A model generated the notes under the pieces. It had not been told where the DNA came from and ran no database searches. It saw nothing but the letters and a program-made list of their open reading frames with translations. 64,000 nucleotides of DNA from Bacillota bacterium (GTDB lineage Bacteria; Bacillota; Limnochordia; DTU087; JAAYGB01), in NCBI GenBank assembly GCA_012727955.1, contig JAAYGB010000008.1, positions 2,111 through 66,110 on the forward strand. Direction: 5' to 3'. Position 1 is the stretch's first letter. Each line of letters begins with the position of its first letter. This document shows positions 55,045 through 63,852 of the stretch, piece by piece. The position numbers were made by a program, and so were the translations under genes.

Positions 55045-56038
55045 CTTCTCCACCTCGATAGATGACGATCTCTCCGGCATCCTCTAGCCGGCGAATAGCC
55101 GCCACGATGGTTTGCTGAGCTTCCTCTACATCCCGCAGACGTACCGGACCCATGTACTCAATCTCTTCTCGCAACATCTCACCGGCTCGCTTGGAGATGT
55201 TACGGTAGATTCGCTCGCTAACCTCTTCCCCGGCAGTCTTTAAGGCGAGAGCCCAGACTCGGCTTTCCACCTCTCTAAAGACCTGCTGGATAGAACGGTC
55301 ATCGAGCCGAACAATGTCTTCAAAGACAAACATCCGCTTCCTGATTTCATCGACTAGGTCAGGGTCACTTTCTTCTAACGCATCTAGAATCGTCTTCTCA
55401 GTGCCTCGGTCAACATTATTTAATACATTCACTGCAGCCTCCAGACCCCCGGCAACACTGAAGTCCTCGGTAACAAAGGATGACAATCGCTTTTCTAGCT
55501 GAGCCTCAATTTCCCGCAATACCTCCGGGGAGGTCCGATCCAGCACCGATAACCGGCGGGCAACCTCAACCTGAAGGTCAGGACTTAAGGCGGAAAGTAT
55601 GATTCCAGCCTGATCCGGTTCCAAATAGGCCATGATCAACGCAATTGTCTGGGGGTGCTCGTTTTGAATAAAGCTGAGAATCTGAGCAGCATCGGTTCTG
55701 CGAGCAAAGTCAAAGGGGCGCACCTGCAAACTGGAAGTGAGCCGGTGCAAAATTGCTTCGGCTCGCTCCTCACCCAAGGCTTTGCTCAACATCTCCCTGG
55801 CATAGTCAACGCCACCCCGAGAGATAAAATCACTGGCTTGATACATCTCGGAAAATTCTTCCAACACCATATCCTTAACATCGGGAAAAACCCGACGCAT
55901 TCCGGCGATTTCCAAGGTCAAGTCTTCGATTTCATCTTCTCTTAGATGTTTTAGTACCCGGGAAGAGACTTCGGGGCCAAGGGCAATCATCAAAACAGCG
56001 GCCTTTTGTCTTCCCGTCAACTCAGATACATTTGGCAT
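55028..56038 (-). CDS. fliG: Flagellar motor switch protein FliG
   Basis: ORF 55028..56131. LTGRQKAAVLMIALGPEVSSRVLKHL, EIRKRMFVFEDI and VEEAQQTIVAAIRRLEDAGEI. I chose the start at MPNVSEL (56038). Confidence 0.94.
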   Translation of the reverse strand: MPNVSELTGRQKAAVLMIALGPEVSSRVLKHLREDEIEDLTLEIAGMRRVFPDVKDMVLEEFSEMYQASDFISRGGVDYAREMLSKALGEERAEAILHRLTSSLQVRPFDFARRTDAAQILSFIQNEHPQTIALIMAYLEPDQAGIILSALSPDLQVEVARRLSVLDRTSPEVLREIEAQLEKRLSSFVTEDFSVAGGLEAAVNVLNNVDRGTEKTILDALEESDPDLVDEIRKRMFVFEDIVRLDDRSIQQVFREVESRVWALALKTAGEEVSERIYRNISKRAGEMLREEIEYMGPVRLRDVEEAQQTIVAAIRRLEDAGEIVIYRGGEDEVVV

Positions 56039-56051
56039 CGGTACCTCTCCC

Positions 56052-57602
56052 CTACTCCTCATCCATCCAAGCCCGGAGCAAAGCCGCGACAACGTCGGGT
56101 TCCTCGTTGGCAATCTCGAGAATGGCCTCAAGGGACTTGTGAGGCTGTCGCTCTAGCCGCGGCACCGCCAATTCATCCTCCAAGTTATCGTCAACGACAA
56201 CATCGACTACCGGTGTATCCCCACCGGGCGCCAGGGCTCGTCTTCTTCTCCGCCATCCCATCCACAGCAACAGCAACAAGACAGCAGCAGCAACGTACCA
56301 AATCCAATGGGAAAGCAGGACATAATCAGGCGTTGCCACCAAATCACCGGCCATCGCCATCATCGGCGATGGATCGAATTCCATCACGTCAACGGTAACG
56401 GTGTCACCCCGTTCCGGCTGCAACCCTACCGCCGCTGCCACCATCTGCTCCACCATCGCCAGTCGCGCCGGCGGAAGATCACTGTTCAGCCAAACTGCCA
56501 CCGTTAATCGCTCTACTTGCCCTGGAGCCCGCACTACCTGCGCGCTCTTGCGATTCACCACATAGCTGCGGGAAGCATCCTGTCGACTGTACTCACCTAC
56601 TTGGCTCAAGTCCATCTCCGCGTATCCCGGCACATTGCTGGCCACCCCGGCAACACCACCGGCAGAACCGGCCAGACCGGTGTAGGACTCCCGGGACTCC
56701 TGCTCTGTAAGCACCAGTCCCGCATCATCGACCACCGGTTCATAGATCTCGAAGACCTCTTCTTGCCGATCCAGGTTCAGGTCGGCACTGACCCGCAGGG
56801 CAACGTTGCCATAGCCAAATACCCTTTCCAGCATAGCTTGAACCCGGACCTCCAGGTCCCTTTCAAAGGCCCTTTCGATCTCAAAGCGGCTGAGTACACC
56901 TTCGCTGCCGCTCAAGGCGTTGGCAGGTCGATGTAACACGTCCGAGAGCACCAGCCCCCGTTCATCAACAATAGTTACGTTCTCCGCTACGAGGCCGTCG
57001 ACACTGGTGGCCATGAGATGGGCAATGGCCCGCACCTGTTCCGTGGTAATCTCTGCACCGGGTTTTCTTTCCAGCAAGACGGAAGCCGTGGCCGGTCTTT
57101 CCGATTGAGAGAACAGGGAGTGCTCTGGTAGCACAATATGAACCCGGGCGCTGGCTACAGATTCAATCTGGAGAATCGTCCTCGTCAACTCTCCCTGTAA
57201 CGCTCGGATGTACTTAACCCTGCGGTCAAACTCTGTTTCGCCAATCGCCGTCCTATCCCACAGTTCCATGCCGACCACGCCGCCACGGGGTAATCCCTGA
57301 CTGGCCAGATCCAGCCTAACCTCATGCAGGCGATCCTCGGGCACGAAAATGGTCGCCCCGTCTTCTCCTACGGAATAGGGAATAGCATTGTCCCTTAAAT
57401 AGGACATCACTTCTCCGGCGTATTCCGGACGAAGCTGACTGTATAGTGGTCTCCATTGTTTGCGACCAGCAAGAAGGGCTATGGCCAAGATAGCTACAAA
57501 GACCAACACCCCGACACTTGCAATAATGATCCGCCGGCTTCTTGGCAGACCATTCCAAATTGATAACAGTTGATCCCGTGTCTTGGTAAATAACTCTCCC
57601 AC
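56052..57602 (-). CDS. fliF: Flagellar MS-ring protein FliF
   Basis: 516 aa. An N-terminal TM helix, YSVGEDGATIFVPEDRLHEVRLDLASQGLP, ARVHIVLPE, and a second TM helix near the C-terminus. Confidence 0.94.
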   Translation of the reverse strand: MGELFTKTRDQLLSIWNGLPRSRRIIIASVGVLVFVAILAIALLAGRKQWRPLYSQLRPEYAGEVMSYLRDNAIPYSVGEDGATIFVPEDRLHEVRLDLASQGLPRGGVVGMELWDRTAIGETEFDRRVKYIRALQGELTRTILQIESVASARVHIVLPEHSLFSQSERPATASVLLERKPGAEITTEQVRAIAHLMATSVDGLVAENVTIVDERGLVLSDVLHRPANALSGSEGVLSRFEIERAFERDLEVRVQAMLERVFGYGNVALRVSADLNLDRQEEVFEIYEPVVDDAGLVLTEQESRESYTGLAGSAGGVAGVASNVPGYAEMDLSQVGEYSRQDASRSYVVNRKSAQVVRAPGQVERLTVAVWLNSDLPPARLAMVEQMVAAAVGLQPERGDTVTVDVMEFDPSPMMAMAGDLVATPDYVLLSHWIWYVAAAVLLLLLWMGWRRRRRALAPGGDTPVVDVVVDDNLEDELAVPRLERQPHKSLEAILEIANEEPDVVAALLRAWMDEE

Positions 57603-57635
57603 TGTACACTAACCCCTTTTGGTGCGCCACTGTTG

Positions 57636-57944
57636 TTATATTTGCATCCGCATGACATCCTGATAGGCCTGTAACAATCGGGTGTGCACAGCCAAAAGAT
57701 AGTTCATCGCTAAGGAGGCATGCTCTACCGCTAGCATTACTGAATGAATTTCAATATCCTCACCTTGGGCAAAGGCCATGATCGCCTCATCCGCCTTGTG
57801 CTGCAGCTCATTGACCTCATTAATCGCCTCGCGGAGCATCTGGGAAAATGATCTGTCAGCTTTCTCGATCACCGCATCGGATTTGGTAGAAGAAGGGAAA
57901 ACCCCAGCTGTTTCCGTTATTGTCAGATTAATGGGAAGGGTCAT
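57636..57944 (-). CDS. fliE: Flagellar hook-basal body complex protein FliE
   Basis: 102 aa. SFSQMLREAINEVNELQHKADEAIMAFAQGEDIEIHSVMLAVEHASLAMNYLLAVHTRLLQAYQDVMRMQI. Confidence 0.93.
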   Translation of the reverse strand: MTLPINLTITETAGVFPSSTKSDAVIEKADRSFSQMLREAINEVNELQHKADEAIMAFAQGEDIEIHSVMLAVEHASLAMNYLLAVHTRLLQAYQDVMRMQI

Positions 57945-57990
57945 CTCCCGAAGCCTCCTTTTCCTCCCGTTATCCTCCTAGGCACCTAGC

Positions 57991-58413
57991 CTAGCCCCGC
58001 CCGATCTCCAGTGCCTTGGTAGCCATCGCCTTGGCCGCATTGATCGCTGTGATATTAGCCTCATAGGCCCTAGTGGCGGAAATCATATCGACCATCTCCG
58101 AAACCACGTTAATGTTGGGATACTCCACGTACCCTTCAGCGTTGGCATGGGGATGATCGGGATCGTAAACCATTTTTCCGGGCCCTGGTTGAGTGACAAT
58201 TTGCTGCACCCTAACTCCCTGAGTAGCCTGTTGTCCCGGTTTGGCGCCCGATACCCTTCTGGGCTCGAAAACCGCCATTTTCCTGCGAAAGGCCCCGCCG
58301 TCTTCGGTGCGAGTGGTATTGACATTGGCCAAGTTGTCGGCAATTAAATCCATTCGTAGTCGCTCTGCAGTCAAACCAGAGCCGCTAATACTCAAAGTCA
58401 GAAACACACCCAT
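57991..58413 (-). CDS. flgC: Flagellar basal-body rod protein FlgC
   Basis: SISGSGLTAERLRMDLIADNLANVNTTRT and YPNINVVSEMVDMISATRAYEANITA. Confidence 0.95.
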   Translation of the reverse strand: MGVFLTLSISGSGLTAERLRMDLIADNLANVNTTRTEDGGAFRRKMAVFEPRRVSGAKPGQQATQGVRVQQIVTQPGPGKMVYDPDHPHANAEGYVEYPNINVVSEMVDMISATRAYEANITAINAAKAMATKALEIGRG

Positions 58414-58416
58414 AGG

Positions 58417-58791
58417 TTACCGCCTCCCTGCATCGATCACCGTACGAAGGTCCCGCAATCGGCGGGATACATATTCAGCGATGGTATTGTAACGCAAAGC
58501 CGTTTCCTCCAAGAGGACCATCTCTCGCTCGATATCAACGTTGTTTCCGTCGTTACGCATGGTGCTTGTCCGATCTTGAACCACCCTAATAGGTCCCTGC
58601 GAAGCTCGCTGTCCTCGATGGGGGGAGGTTTTCTCCAATTCAGCGAAGGCTTGCCGGGCCACCTCTCGAAAATCTACATCGCTGCGCTTAAACCCCGGTG
58701 TATTGACATTAGCGATATTATCGGAAAGCACCGACTGTCTTACAGACAAAGCATCGAGCACCCTACCTAGGGCAGAAGTAATCTCAAACAT
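58417..58791 (-). CDS. flgB: Flagellar basal-body rod protein FlgB
   Basis: LDALSVRQSVLSDNIANVNTPGFKRSDVDF. The ATG at 58791 lies 10 nt after GGGAGG. The ORF-track start at 58794 is a TTG one codon upstream. Confidence 0.94.
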   Translation of the reverse strand: MFEITSALGRVLDALSVRQSVLSDNIANVNTPGFKRSDVDFREVARQAFAELEKTSPHRGQRASQGPIRVVQDRTSTMRNDGNNVDIEREMVLLEETALRYNTIAEYVSRRLRDLRTVIDAGRR

Positions 58792-58858
58792 CAATCCACT
58801 GCCTCCCGAGAAACTCTCCGTTACTTGGATATTTTTGGTAAAACCTTGTTTAACCTCG

Positions 58859-58900
58859 TGTCAAAAGTTATAGCTTTCGGTTAAAATATTCGAACATTTT
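58859..58900 (-). promoter_or_regulatory. Candidate promoter/operator region of the flagellar operon
   Basis: The minus strand has TTCGAA (58894-58889), a 16-nt spacer, then TATAAC (58872-58867). A perfect TTGACA (58864-58859) is also present but lacks a good -10. An 18-bp imperfect palindrome AAAATGTTCGAATATTTT (58900-58883) is centred on the TTCGAA. The assignment is tentative. Confidence 0.3.
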
Positions 58901-59056
58901 TTATATTCCTCTGGAAGTTCGTAGGATATTTTCCTATTCCTCAAAGTTAATCCCAGTTCCTGCACGTCTTTCGTCCAAACGTTACTAAACTAGATAGGCG
59001 CCAAGTCCTATTTTACTAAACCGACGATGGGACCAAGGTCCCGCATAACCCGATAA

Positions 59057-59094
59057 TCAAAAAGCACCGGTCCGAATGGTCTCGGAACGGTGCC
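59057..59094 (-). terminator. Rho-independent terminator after hslU
   Basis: The minus strand reads GCACCGTTCCGAGaccaTTCGGACCGGTGCTTTTTG: a 13-bp stem with one mismatch and one G-U pair, plus T5. It lies about 25 nt after the hslU stop. Confidence 0.85.
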
Positions 59095-59118
59095 TGATCC
59101 CTTCTTAAAGCATAAAAT

Positions 59119-60513
59119 CTAGAGGATAAAGCGGCTTAGATCTCGGTCGGTGACCACATCGGCCAAATTCTGGGCCACATAGTCCCGGTCAATCACCACT
59201 GTCTGACCCATCAACTCCTCAGCTCGGAAGGACACATCCTCTAGGAGCCGTTCTAGCACTGTGTGCAGGCGGCGGGCCCCAATATTTTCTGTACGCTCAT
59301 TAACTAGAACCGCCAGTCGGGCAATTTCACCGATTCCGTCTTCGGTGAACTCAAGTTGAATGCCCTCGGTGGCCAGCAGGGCTTTATACTGCCTAAGGAG
59401 GGCATTGCTGGGTTCCGTCAAGATGCGGCGGAAGTCCTCCTCTGTCAGGGTGTCCAGTTCAACCCTGATTGGGAAGCGACCCTGCAGCTCAGGAATCAAG
59501 TCCGAGGGTTTGGAAACGTGAAAAGCTCCCGCTGCGATAAACAAAATATGATCCGTTTTGACTGGGCCGTACTTGGTGTTCACAGTGCAGCCTTCCACAA
59601 TGGGCAAGATGTCCCTCTGTACCCCTTCCCGGGAGACATCGGGCCCCAAGCTTCCTTCTCGGCCCGCGATTTTATCGATTTCATCGAGAAAGATAATGCC
59701 CATGTTCTCGGCCCTGGACACGGCCTCCGCCGTCACTTCATCCATGTTGAGCAGCTTGGCGGCTTCCTCCTGCGCCAGCAAAGTGCGAGCCTTAGCTACC
59801 GTCGTCTTCCGCTTGCGGGTCTTCTTGGGGAGAAATTCGCCGAATATATCCTGGAAATTGATCCCCATTTCCTCAACTCCGGCTCCGGAAAACACCTCAA
59901 GCATCGGCGCACTATTGTCTTCAAGCTCTACCTCAATGACGACATTTTCCATTTCACCGAATTTCAAAGCCCGCTCCACTTCTCTGCGCTTGGCCTGGGC
60001 CTCTTCCAGTTTGATCTGGTAATTCTCCTCGGTGTCGGGGTTCCTGGGACCGGAAAACCCAAAGATATTAGGTAGTCCAAAACCCTTGGAGCGCTGCGGA
60101 AGGGGGGCCAAAATATCTAATAGCCGCTGCTGGGCCATCTCTTTAGCCCTGTCTTGTACCTCAAGCATTTTTTCTGCCTTGACCTGGCGCAGCGAAACCT
60201 CTACCAGATCTCTGACCATTGATTCTGCGTCCCTGCCAACGTATCCAACTTCAGTGAACTTGGTGGCCTCCACCTTGATAAAGGGCGCCTTGGCCAGCCT
60301 GGCTATGCGTCGGGCAATTTCTGTCTTACCCACGCCAGTGGGACCAATCATGAGAATGTTTTTGGGCAAGACCTCCTCCTGGAGATCTTCAGGTAAGCGA
60401 CGCCGCCGATATCGATTGCGCATCGCAATGGCCACTGCCCGCTTAGCCTTTTCCTGGCCAACGATGTACTTTTCCAGTTCAGCTACAATCTCTCTAGGGG
60501 TCAACTCCTCCAT
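59119..60513 (-). CDS. hslU: ATP-dependent protease ATPase subunit HslU
   Basis: ORF 59119..60546. [30 protein letters not shown], Walker [18 protein letters not shown], and [10 protein letters not shown]. The ATG at 60513 is preceded by GGGGGGAGGGTG and follows the hslV stop. Confidence 0.96.
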   Translation of the reverse strand: MEELTPREIVAELEKYIVGQEKAKRAVAIAMRNRYRRRRLPEDLQEEVLPKNILMIGPTGVGKTEIARRIARLAKAPFIKVEATKFTEVGYVGRDAESMVRDLVEVSLRQVKAEKMLEVQDRAKEMAQQRLLDILAPLPQRSKGFGLPNIFGFSGPRNPDTEENYQIKLEEAQAKRREVERALKFGEMENVVIEVELEDNSAPMLEVFSGAGVEEMGINFQDIFGEFLPKKTRKRKTTVAKARTLLAQEEAAKLLNMDEVTAEAVSRAENMGIIFLDEIDKIAGREGSLGPDVSREGVQRDILPIVEGCTVNTKYGPVKTDHILFIAAGAFHVSKPSDLIPELQGRFPIRVELDTLTEEDFRRILTEPSNALLRQYKALLATEGIQLEFTEDGIGEIARLAVLVNERTENIGARRLHTVLERLLEDVSFRAEELMGQTVVIDRDYVAQNLADVVTDRDLSRFIL

Positions 60514-60529
60514 TGCCACACCCTCCCCC

Positions 60530-61075
60530 CTACGACTCATCGTCAAGGGTCAAAACCGTAATCTGATCATTGGTAAAGACACAGATTGAGGAGGCGATCC
60601 GTAGGGCCTCAACAGCCACTTCTGGCGCGTTTAGATCAGTATGGGTCACTAAGGCCTTGGCCGCTGCCAGGGCGTACATTCCACCGGAGCCAATCGCTGT
60701 AACCTGATCATCGGGCTCAATCACATCACCGTTACCGGAAAGAACTAGGGTCCTTTCCCGATCCATCACAATCAGCATGGCCTCCAGCCGCCGCAAGACC
60801 CGATCTGAACGCCACTCCTTTGCCAACTCCACTGCGGCCCTGACCAACTGGCCCCGATACTCCTCGAGTTTACCTTCGAACATCTCGAACAAAGTAAAAG
60901 CGTCGGCAACGGAACCAGCGAAGCCTGCCAGCACCCGGTTGTTATAGAGTTTGCGCACTTTGGTAGCCCTGTGCTTCATTATTGTCCGTTCGCCCAAAGT
61001 AACCTGTCCATCGCCGGCAATAGCAACTGAGTCCTGAGTTCGTACCGCGACTATGGTCGTCGCCTGAATATCCAT
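60530..61075 (-). CDS. hslV: ATP-dependent protease subunit HslV
   Basis: [24 protein letters not shown] (catalytic Thr after Met removal and processing), and [14 protein letters not shown]. Confidence 0.96.
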   Translation of the reverse strand: MDIQATTIVAVRTQDSVAIAGDGQVTLGERTIMKHRATKVRKLYNNRVLAGFAGSVADAFTLFEMFEGKLEEYRGQLVRAAVELAKEWRSDRVLRRLEAMLIVMDRERTLVLSGNGDVIEPDDQVTAIGSGGMYALAAAKALVTHTDLNAPEVAVEALRIASSICVFTNDQITVLTLDDES

Positions 61076-61154
61076 TTAGCATTTCCCCTTCGTTTGATCC
61101 TGTGGGATCAGCGGTTCAAGCCCTGTACTGCCATCCGACTCAAGGGAACTAGAG

Positions 61155-63287
61155 CTATTCATCGGACTCTACCGTTCTCTGGTAACCGCACTCCTTGTTG
61201 GAACAGCTAATTTGGTCGGGTTTGGTCCTTCGCCGCTTCCAAACTAGCATCGAGTCGCACTGGGGACACTTCTCCCCCACCGGCTCATCCCAGCTGACAA
61301 AGTCGCAGTCGGGGTAATTGCTGCATCCGAAGAAACGTCGACCCCTTCGGCTTCGGCGCTCCACAATGTCACCACCGCAGTTGGGACACTTAACTCCAAT
61401 GGACTGCAACAGGGGTTTGGTGTTTCGACACTCAGGAAATCCAGGACAGGCCAGAAACTTCCCGAAACGACCGTGTCGAATCACCATGTTACGACCACAG
61501 TTCTCGCAGATCTCGTCGGTGACTTCTTCTTCAAGTTCAACGGTCTCCATCTCTTCAGCGGCCTGTTCCAGTCGCTGGGAAAAGGTACCATAGAACCGGG
61601 TCAGCACTTCGTCCCAGCGGATCGTTCCCTCCTCCACCGCATCCAGTTGGGCCTCGAGGTTGGCGGTAAACTCCGTGTCCAAAATCTCGTCAAAGTGCTC
61701 CTGCAGCAAATCGGTAACGATGAATCCCAGTTCCGTTGGATGAAAGCGTTTCTCTATCAGTTCAGCGTACCCTCGCTTCTGAATCGTGCTGATGATACTG
61801 GCATAGGTACTGGGGCGTCCTATTCCCAGTTCTTCTAGGGTCTTGACTAACATCGCTTCCGAGTAGCGGGCCGGCGGTTGCGTAAAGTGCTGCGAAGGTG
61901 TAACCGCTGTTGACTCCAGTTTCTGACCCTCTTCCAGCTCCGGTAAGAACTTCTCGCCGGGGGTGTCCTCTTCATCGTCACTGGCTTCAATATATAATTT
62001 CATGAAGCCAGGAAACTTGATCTTCGAACCCGTTGCCCGCAACTGATACTCCCAGCCGCCTCCTGCGCCTGAAGAAGTACCCGGTTGGGCAACAATGTCT
62101 ACCCGCATGGTATCCATCACTGCCGAGGCCATTTGACTGGCCAGAAAGCGTTCCCAAATCAGTCTATACAAACGCAGTTGGTCACGCTTCAAGTATCCCT
62201 TGAGCTGGCTGGGAGTTCTATAGACCGAGGTGGGCCGGATTGCCTCGTGGGCATCCTGGGTCCGCCGGCGGGTCCGATATTCCCTCGGCTGCTGCGGACG
62301 ATACTCCGGACCAAACTCCTCGGCAATATACTCCCGGGCCTCCTGTTGTGCCTCTTGGGAGATCCTGACGGCATCGGTACGAATATATGTTATCAGTCCC
62401 ACAGTCCCCTCGTCGCCCACATCGAGACCTTCGTACAGTTGCTGGGCAATCTGCATAGTCTTGGAGGCACTAAAGCCCAGGCGGCGGGAGGCCTCCTGTT
62501 GCAGGGTACTGGTAGTAAAGGGGGCCGCCGGATTGCGCAGTCTTTCCTTGCGAACCACTTTGCTGACAGCAAAATCTGCTCCCTCAAGGTCGGTCACAAT
62601 CTGCAGGGCCATTTCCTCATCGATGGTTTCCAGTTTGTTGCCATCCTTGCCGGTAACTTGTGCGGTGAACTTCCCCTTCGGATCGGTCTTGGGGTACAGT
62701 TCCGCTGCCACGGTCCAATACTCTTCCTGCTCAAAGGCTTCAATCTCTTTTTCTCGATCACAGATCAGACGGACGGCAACAGACTGAACCCGACCGGCAC
62801 TGAGTCCTCGCTTGACCTTACTCCACAGCAGGGGACTTAGCTTGTATCCCACCAGTCGGTCTAAAATCCGTCGAGCCTGCTGGGCATCGACTAAGTCCTG
62901 GTTAATCGGTCGCGGGTGTTTAATCGCATCTTGCACAGTCTTCTTAGTAATCTCATTGAACTCCACCCGGCAAGGCTGATTGGCATCGAGCTTCAGAGCA
63001 TCGGCCAGATGCCGACTGATGGCTTCTCCTTCTCTATCGGGGTCCGTCGCCAGATAGACCCTTCCGGCCTTTTTCGCCGCATCCCGCAGCTCCTGTAGGA
63101 TGGGCCCTTTCCCCCGAATGGTGATGTATTTAGGCTTGAACCCGTTTTCCAAATCCACCCCAAATTGACTCCGGGGCAGATCCCTGACGTGTCCCATCGA
63201 TGCCTTCACTTGATAGCCACGGCCCAAGAACTTGCTGATGGTCTTGGCCTTTGCCGGGGACTCTACAATAACTAACGCTTTAGGCAC
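61155..63287 (-). CDS. topA: DNA topoisomerase I (type IA) with C-terminal zinc ribbons
   Basis: ALVIVESPAKAKTISKFLG (Toprim), ITYIRTD (catalytic Tyr region), and C4 ribbons (CENCGRNMV...CPGFPEC, CPNCGG...CSNYPDC, CPQC...CSNKEC). Confidence 0.96.
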   Translation of the reverse strand: MPKALVIVESPAKAKTISKFLGRGYQVKASMGHVRDLPRSQFGVDLENGFKPKYITIRGKGPILQELRDAAKKAGRVYLATDPDREGEAISRHLADALKLDANQPCRVEFNEITKKTVQDAIKHPRPINQDLVDAQQARRILDRLVGYKLSPLLWSKVKRGLSAGRVQSVAVRLICDREKEIEAFEQEEYWTVAAELYPKTDPKGKFTAQVTGKDGNKLETIDEEMALQIVTDLEGADFAVSKVVRKERLRNPAAPFTTSTLQQEASRRLGFSASKTMQIAQQLYEGLDVGDEGTVGLITYIRTDAVRISQEAQQEAREYIAEEFGPEYRPQQPREYRTRRRTQDAHEAIRPTSVYRTPSQLKGYLKRDQLRLYRLIWERFLASQMASAVMDTMRVDIVAQPGTSSGAGGGWEYQLRATGSKIKFPGFMKLYIEASDDEEDTPGEKFLPELEEGQKLESTAVTPSQHFTQPPARYSEAMLVKTLEELGIGRPSTYASIISTIQKRGYAELIEKRFHPTELGFIVTDLLQEHFDEILDTEFTANLEAQLDAVEEGTIRWDEVLTRFYGTFSQRLEQAAEEMETVELEEEVTDEICENCGRNMVIRHGRFGKFLACPGFPECRNTKPLLQSIGVKCPNCGGDIVERRSRRGRRFFGCSNYPDCDFVSWDEPVGEKCPQCDSMLVWKRRRTKPDQISCSNKECGYQRTVESDE

Positions 63288-63316
63288 TGTTTCACCCCTC
63301 GTAGGTCACGGCAGCC

Positions 63317-63790
63317 CTAATGGATCTGCACGTCTTTATCTTTGTGACTGGATAGCGTTCTACCTGTCAACAACGATGATTTCATCCGATCTGAAAGAAC
63401 GCGGGGGAATAGCCACATCAACTCAGCCACAGTGACTGAATCCGTTTCCAGTTCCATGACAGAATGTAACAGATCCTCCAACTCCCTGGGAGTCAGTAGG
63501 TCGTTATTGAGCAACTGCCAAAGATAGCCTTGTGCATCTATTTCTAATTTATTTCGTTCTGCCCAACTCAGAACCCGCATTGCATTGGTCGAACTGAAAC
63601 TCTCTGGTAGGTTAACCAGTAGAAATTCTGGAAGAGAAAAAATTAAGGAAAAAGCTGCATTGATTTCCTGCAGCGAATAACCGTCTTCGATCAGCTCACT
63701 TACTATTCCCTCAACATCCTGAGCCGAAACGGGGGCTGTGAGGACCCGCTCCGCCACATAGCTCAGGATTTTCCTGACTCTATTCTTCAT
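63317..63790 (-). CDS. smg: Smg / DUF494 family protein
   Basis: ORF 63317..63820. By eye it aligns along its length with E. coli Smg. ILSYVAERVL...LIEDGYSLQEINAAFSLI aligns with VLMYLFETYI...LTDAGFEREDIYNALLWL. MRVLSWAERNKLEIDAQGYLWQLLNNDLLTPRELEDLLHSVMEL...VAELMWL aligns with [44 protein letters not shown]...LEDLKWV. It sits between dprA and topA. Confidence 0.75.
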   Translation of the reverse strand: MKNRVRKILSYVAERVLTAPVSAQDVEGIVSELIEDGYSLQEINAAFSLIFSLPEFLLVNLPESFSSTNAMRVLSWAERNKLEIDAQGYLWQLLNNDLLTPRELEDLLHSVMELETDSVTVAELMWLFPRVLSDRMKSSLLTGRTLSSHKDKDVQIH

Positions 63791-63852
63791 ATCCCTTCTC
63801 CCCTTAGCTTTCGAAACCAATTATAGCCCTTAGCGGTATAACTTGCAAATAG

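Noticed and set aside
58883-58900. Interpreting the palindrome upstream of flgB as a CodY box.
   Set aside because: The CodY consensus AATTTTCWGAAAATT is a 15-mer with a central W. This element is an even-length palindrome centred on TTCGAA with only partial identity, and no codY gene lies at its usual position. I kept it only as an unassigned operator candidate.
58867-58910. A SigD/FliA-type promoter (TAAA-N15-GCCGATAT) upstream of flgB.
   Set aside because: The best alignment (AACCGAAA as the -10) matches only 5 of 8 positions and has no TAAA at the correct spacing.
61076-61154. The hairpin TGATCC-tgtg-GGATCA between topA and hslV, considered as a terminator.
   Set aside because: It has only a 6-bp stem and no U-tract on the transcribed strand, so topA and hslVU are probably co-transcribed. 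It is too weak to list as a feature.
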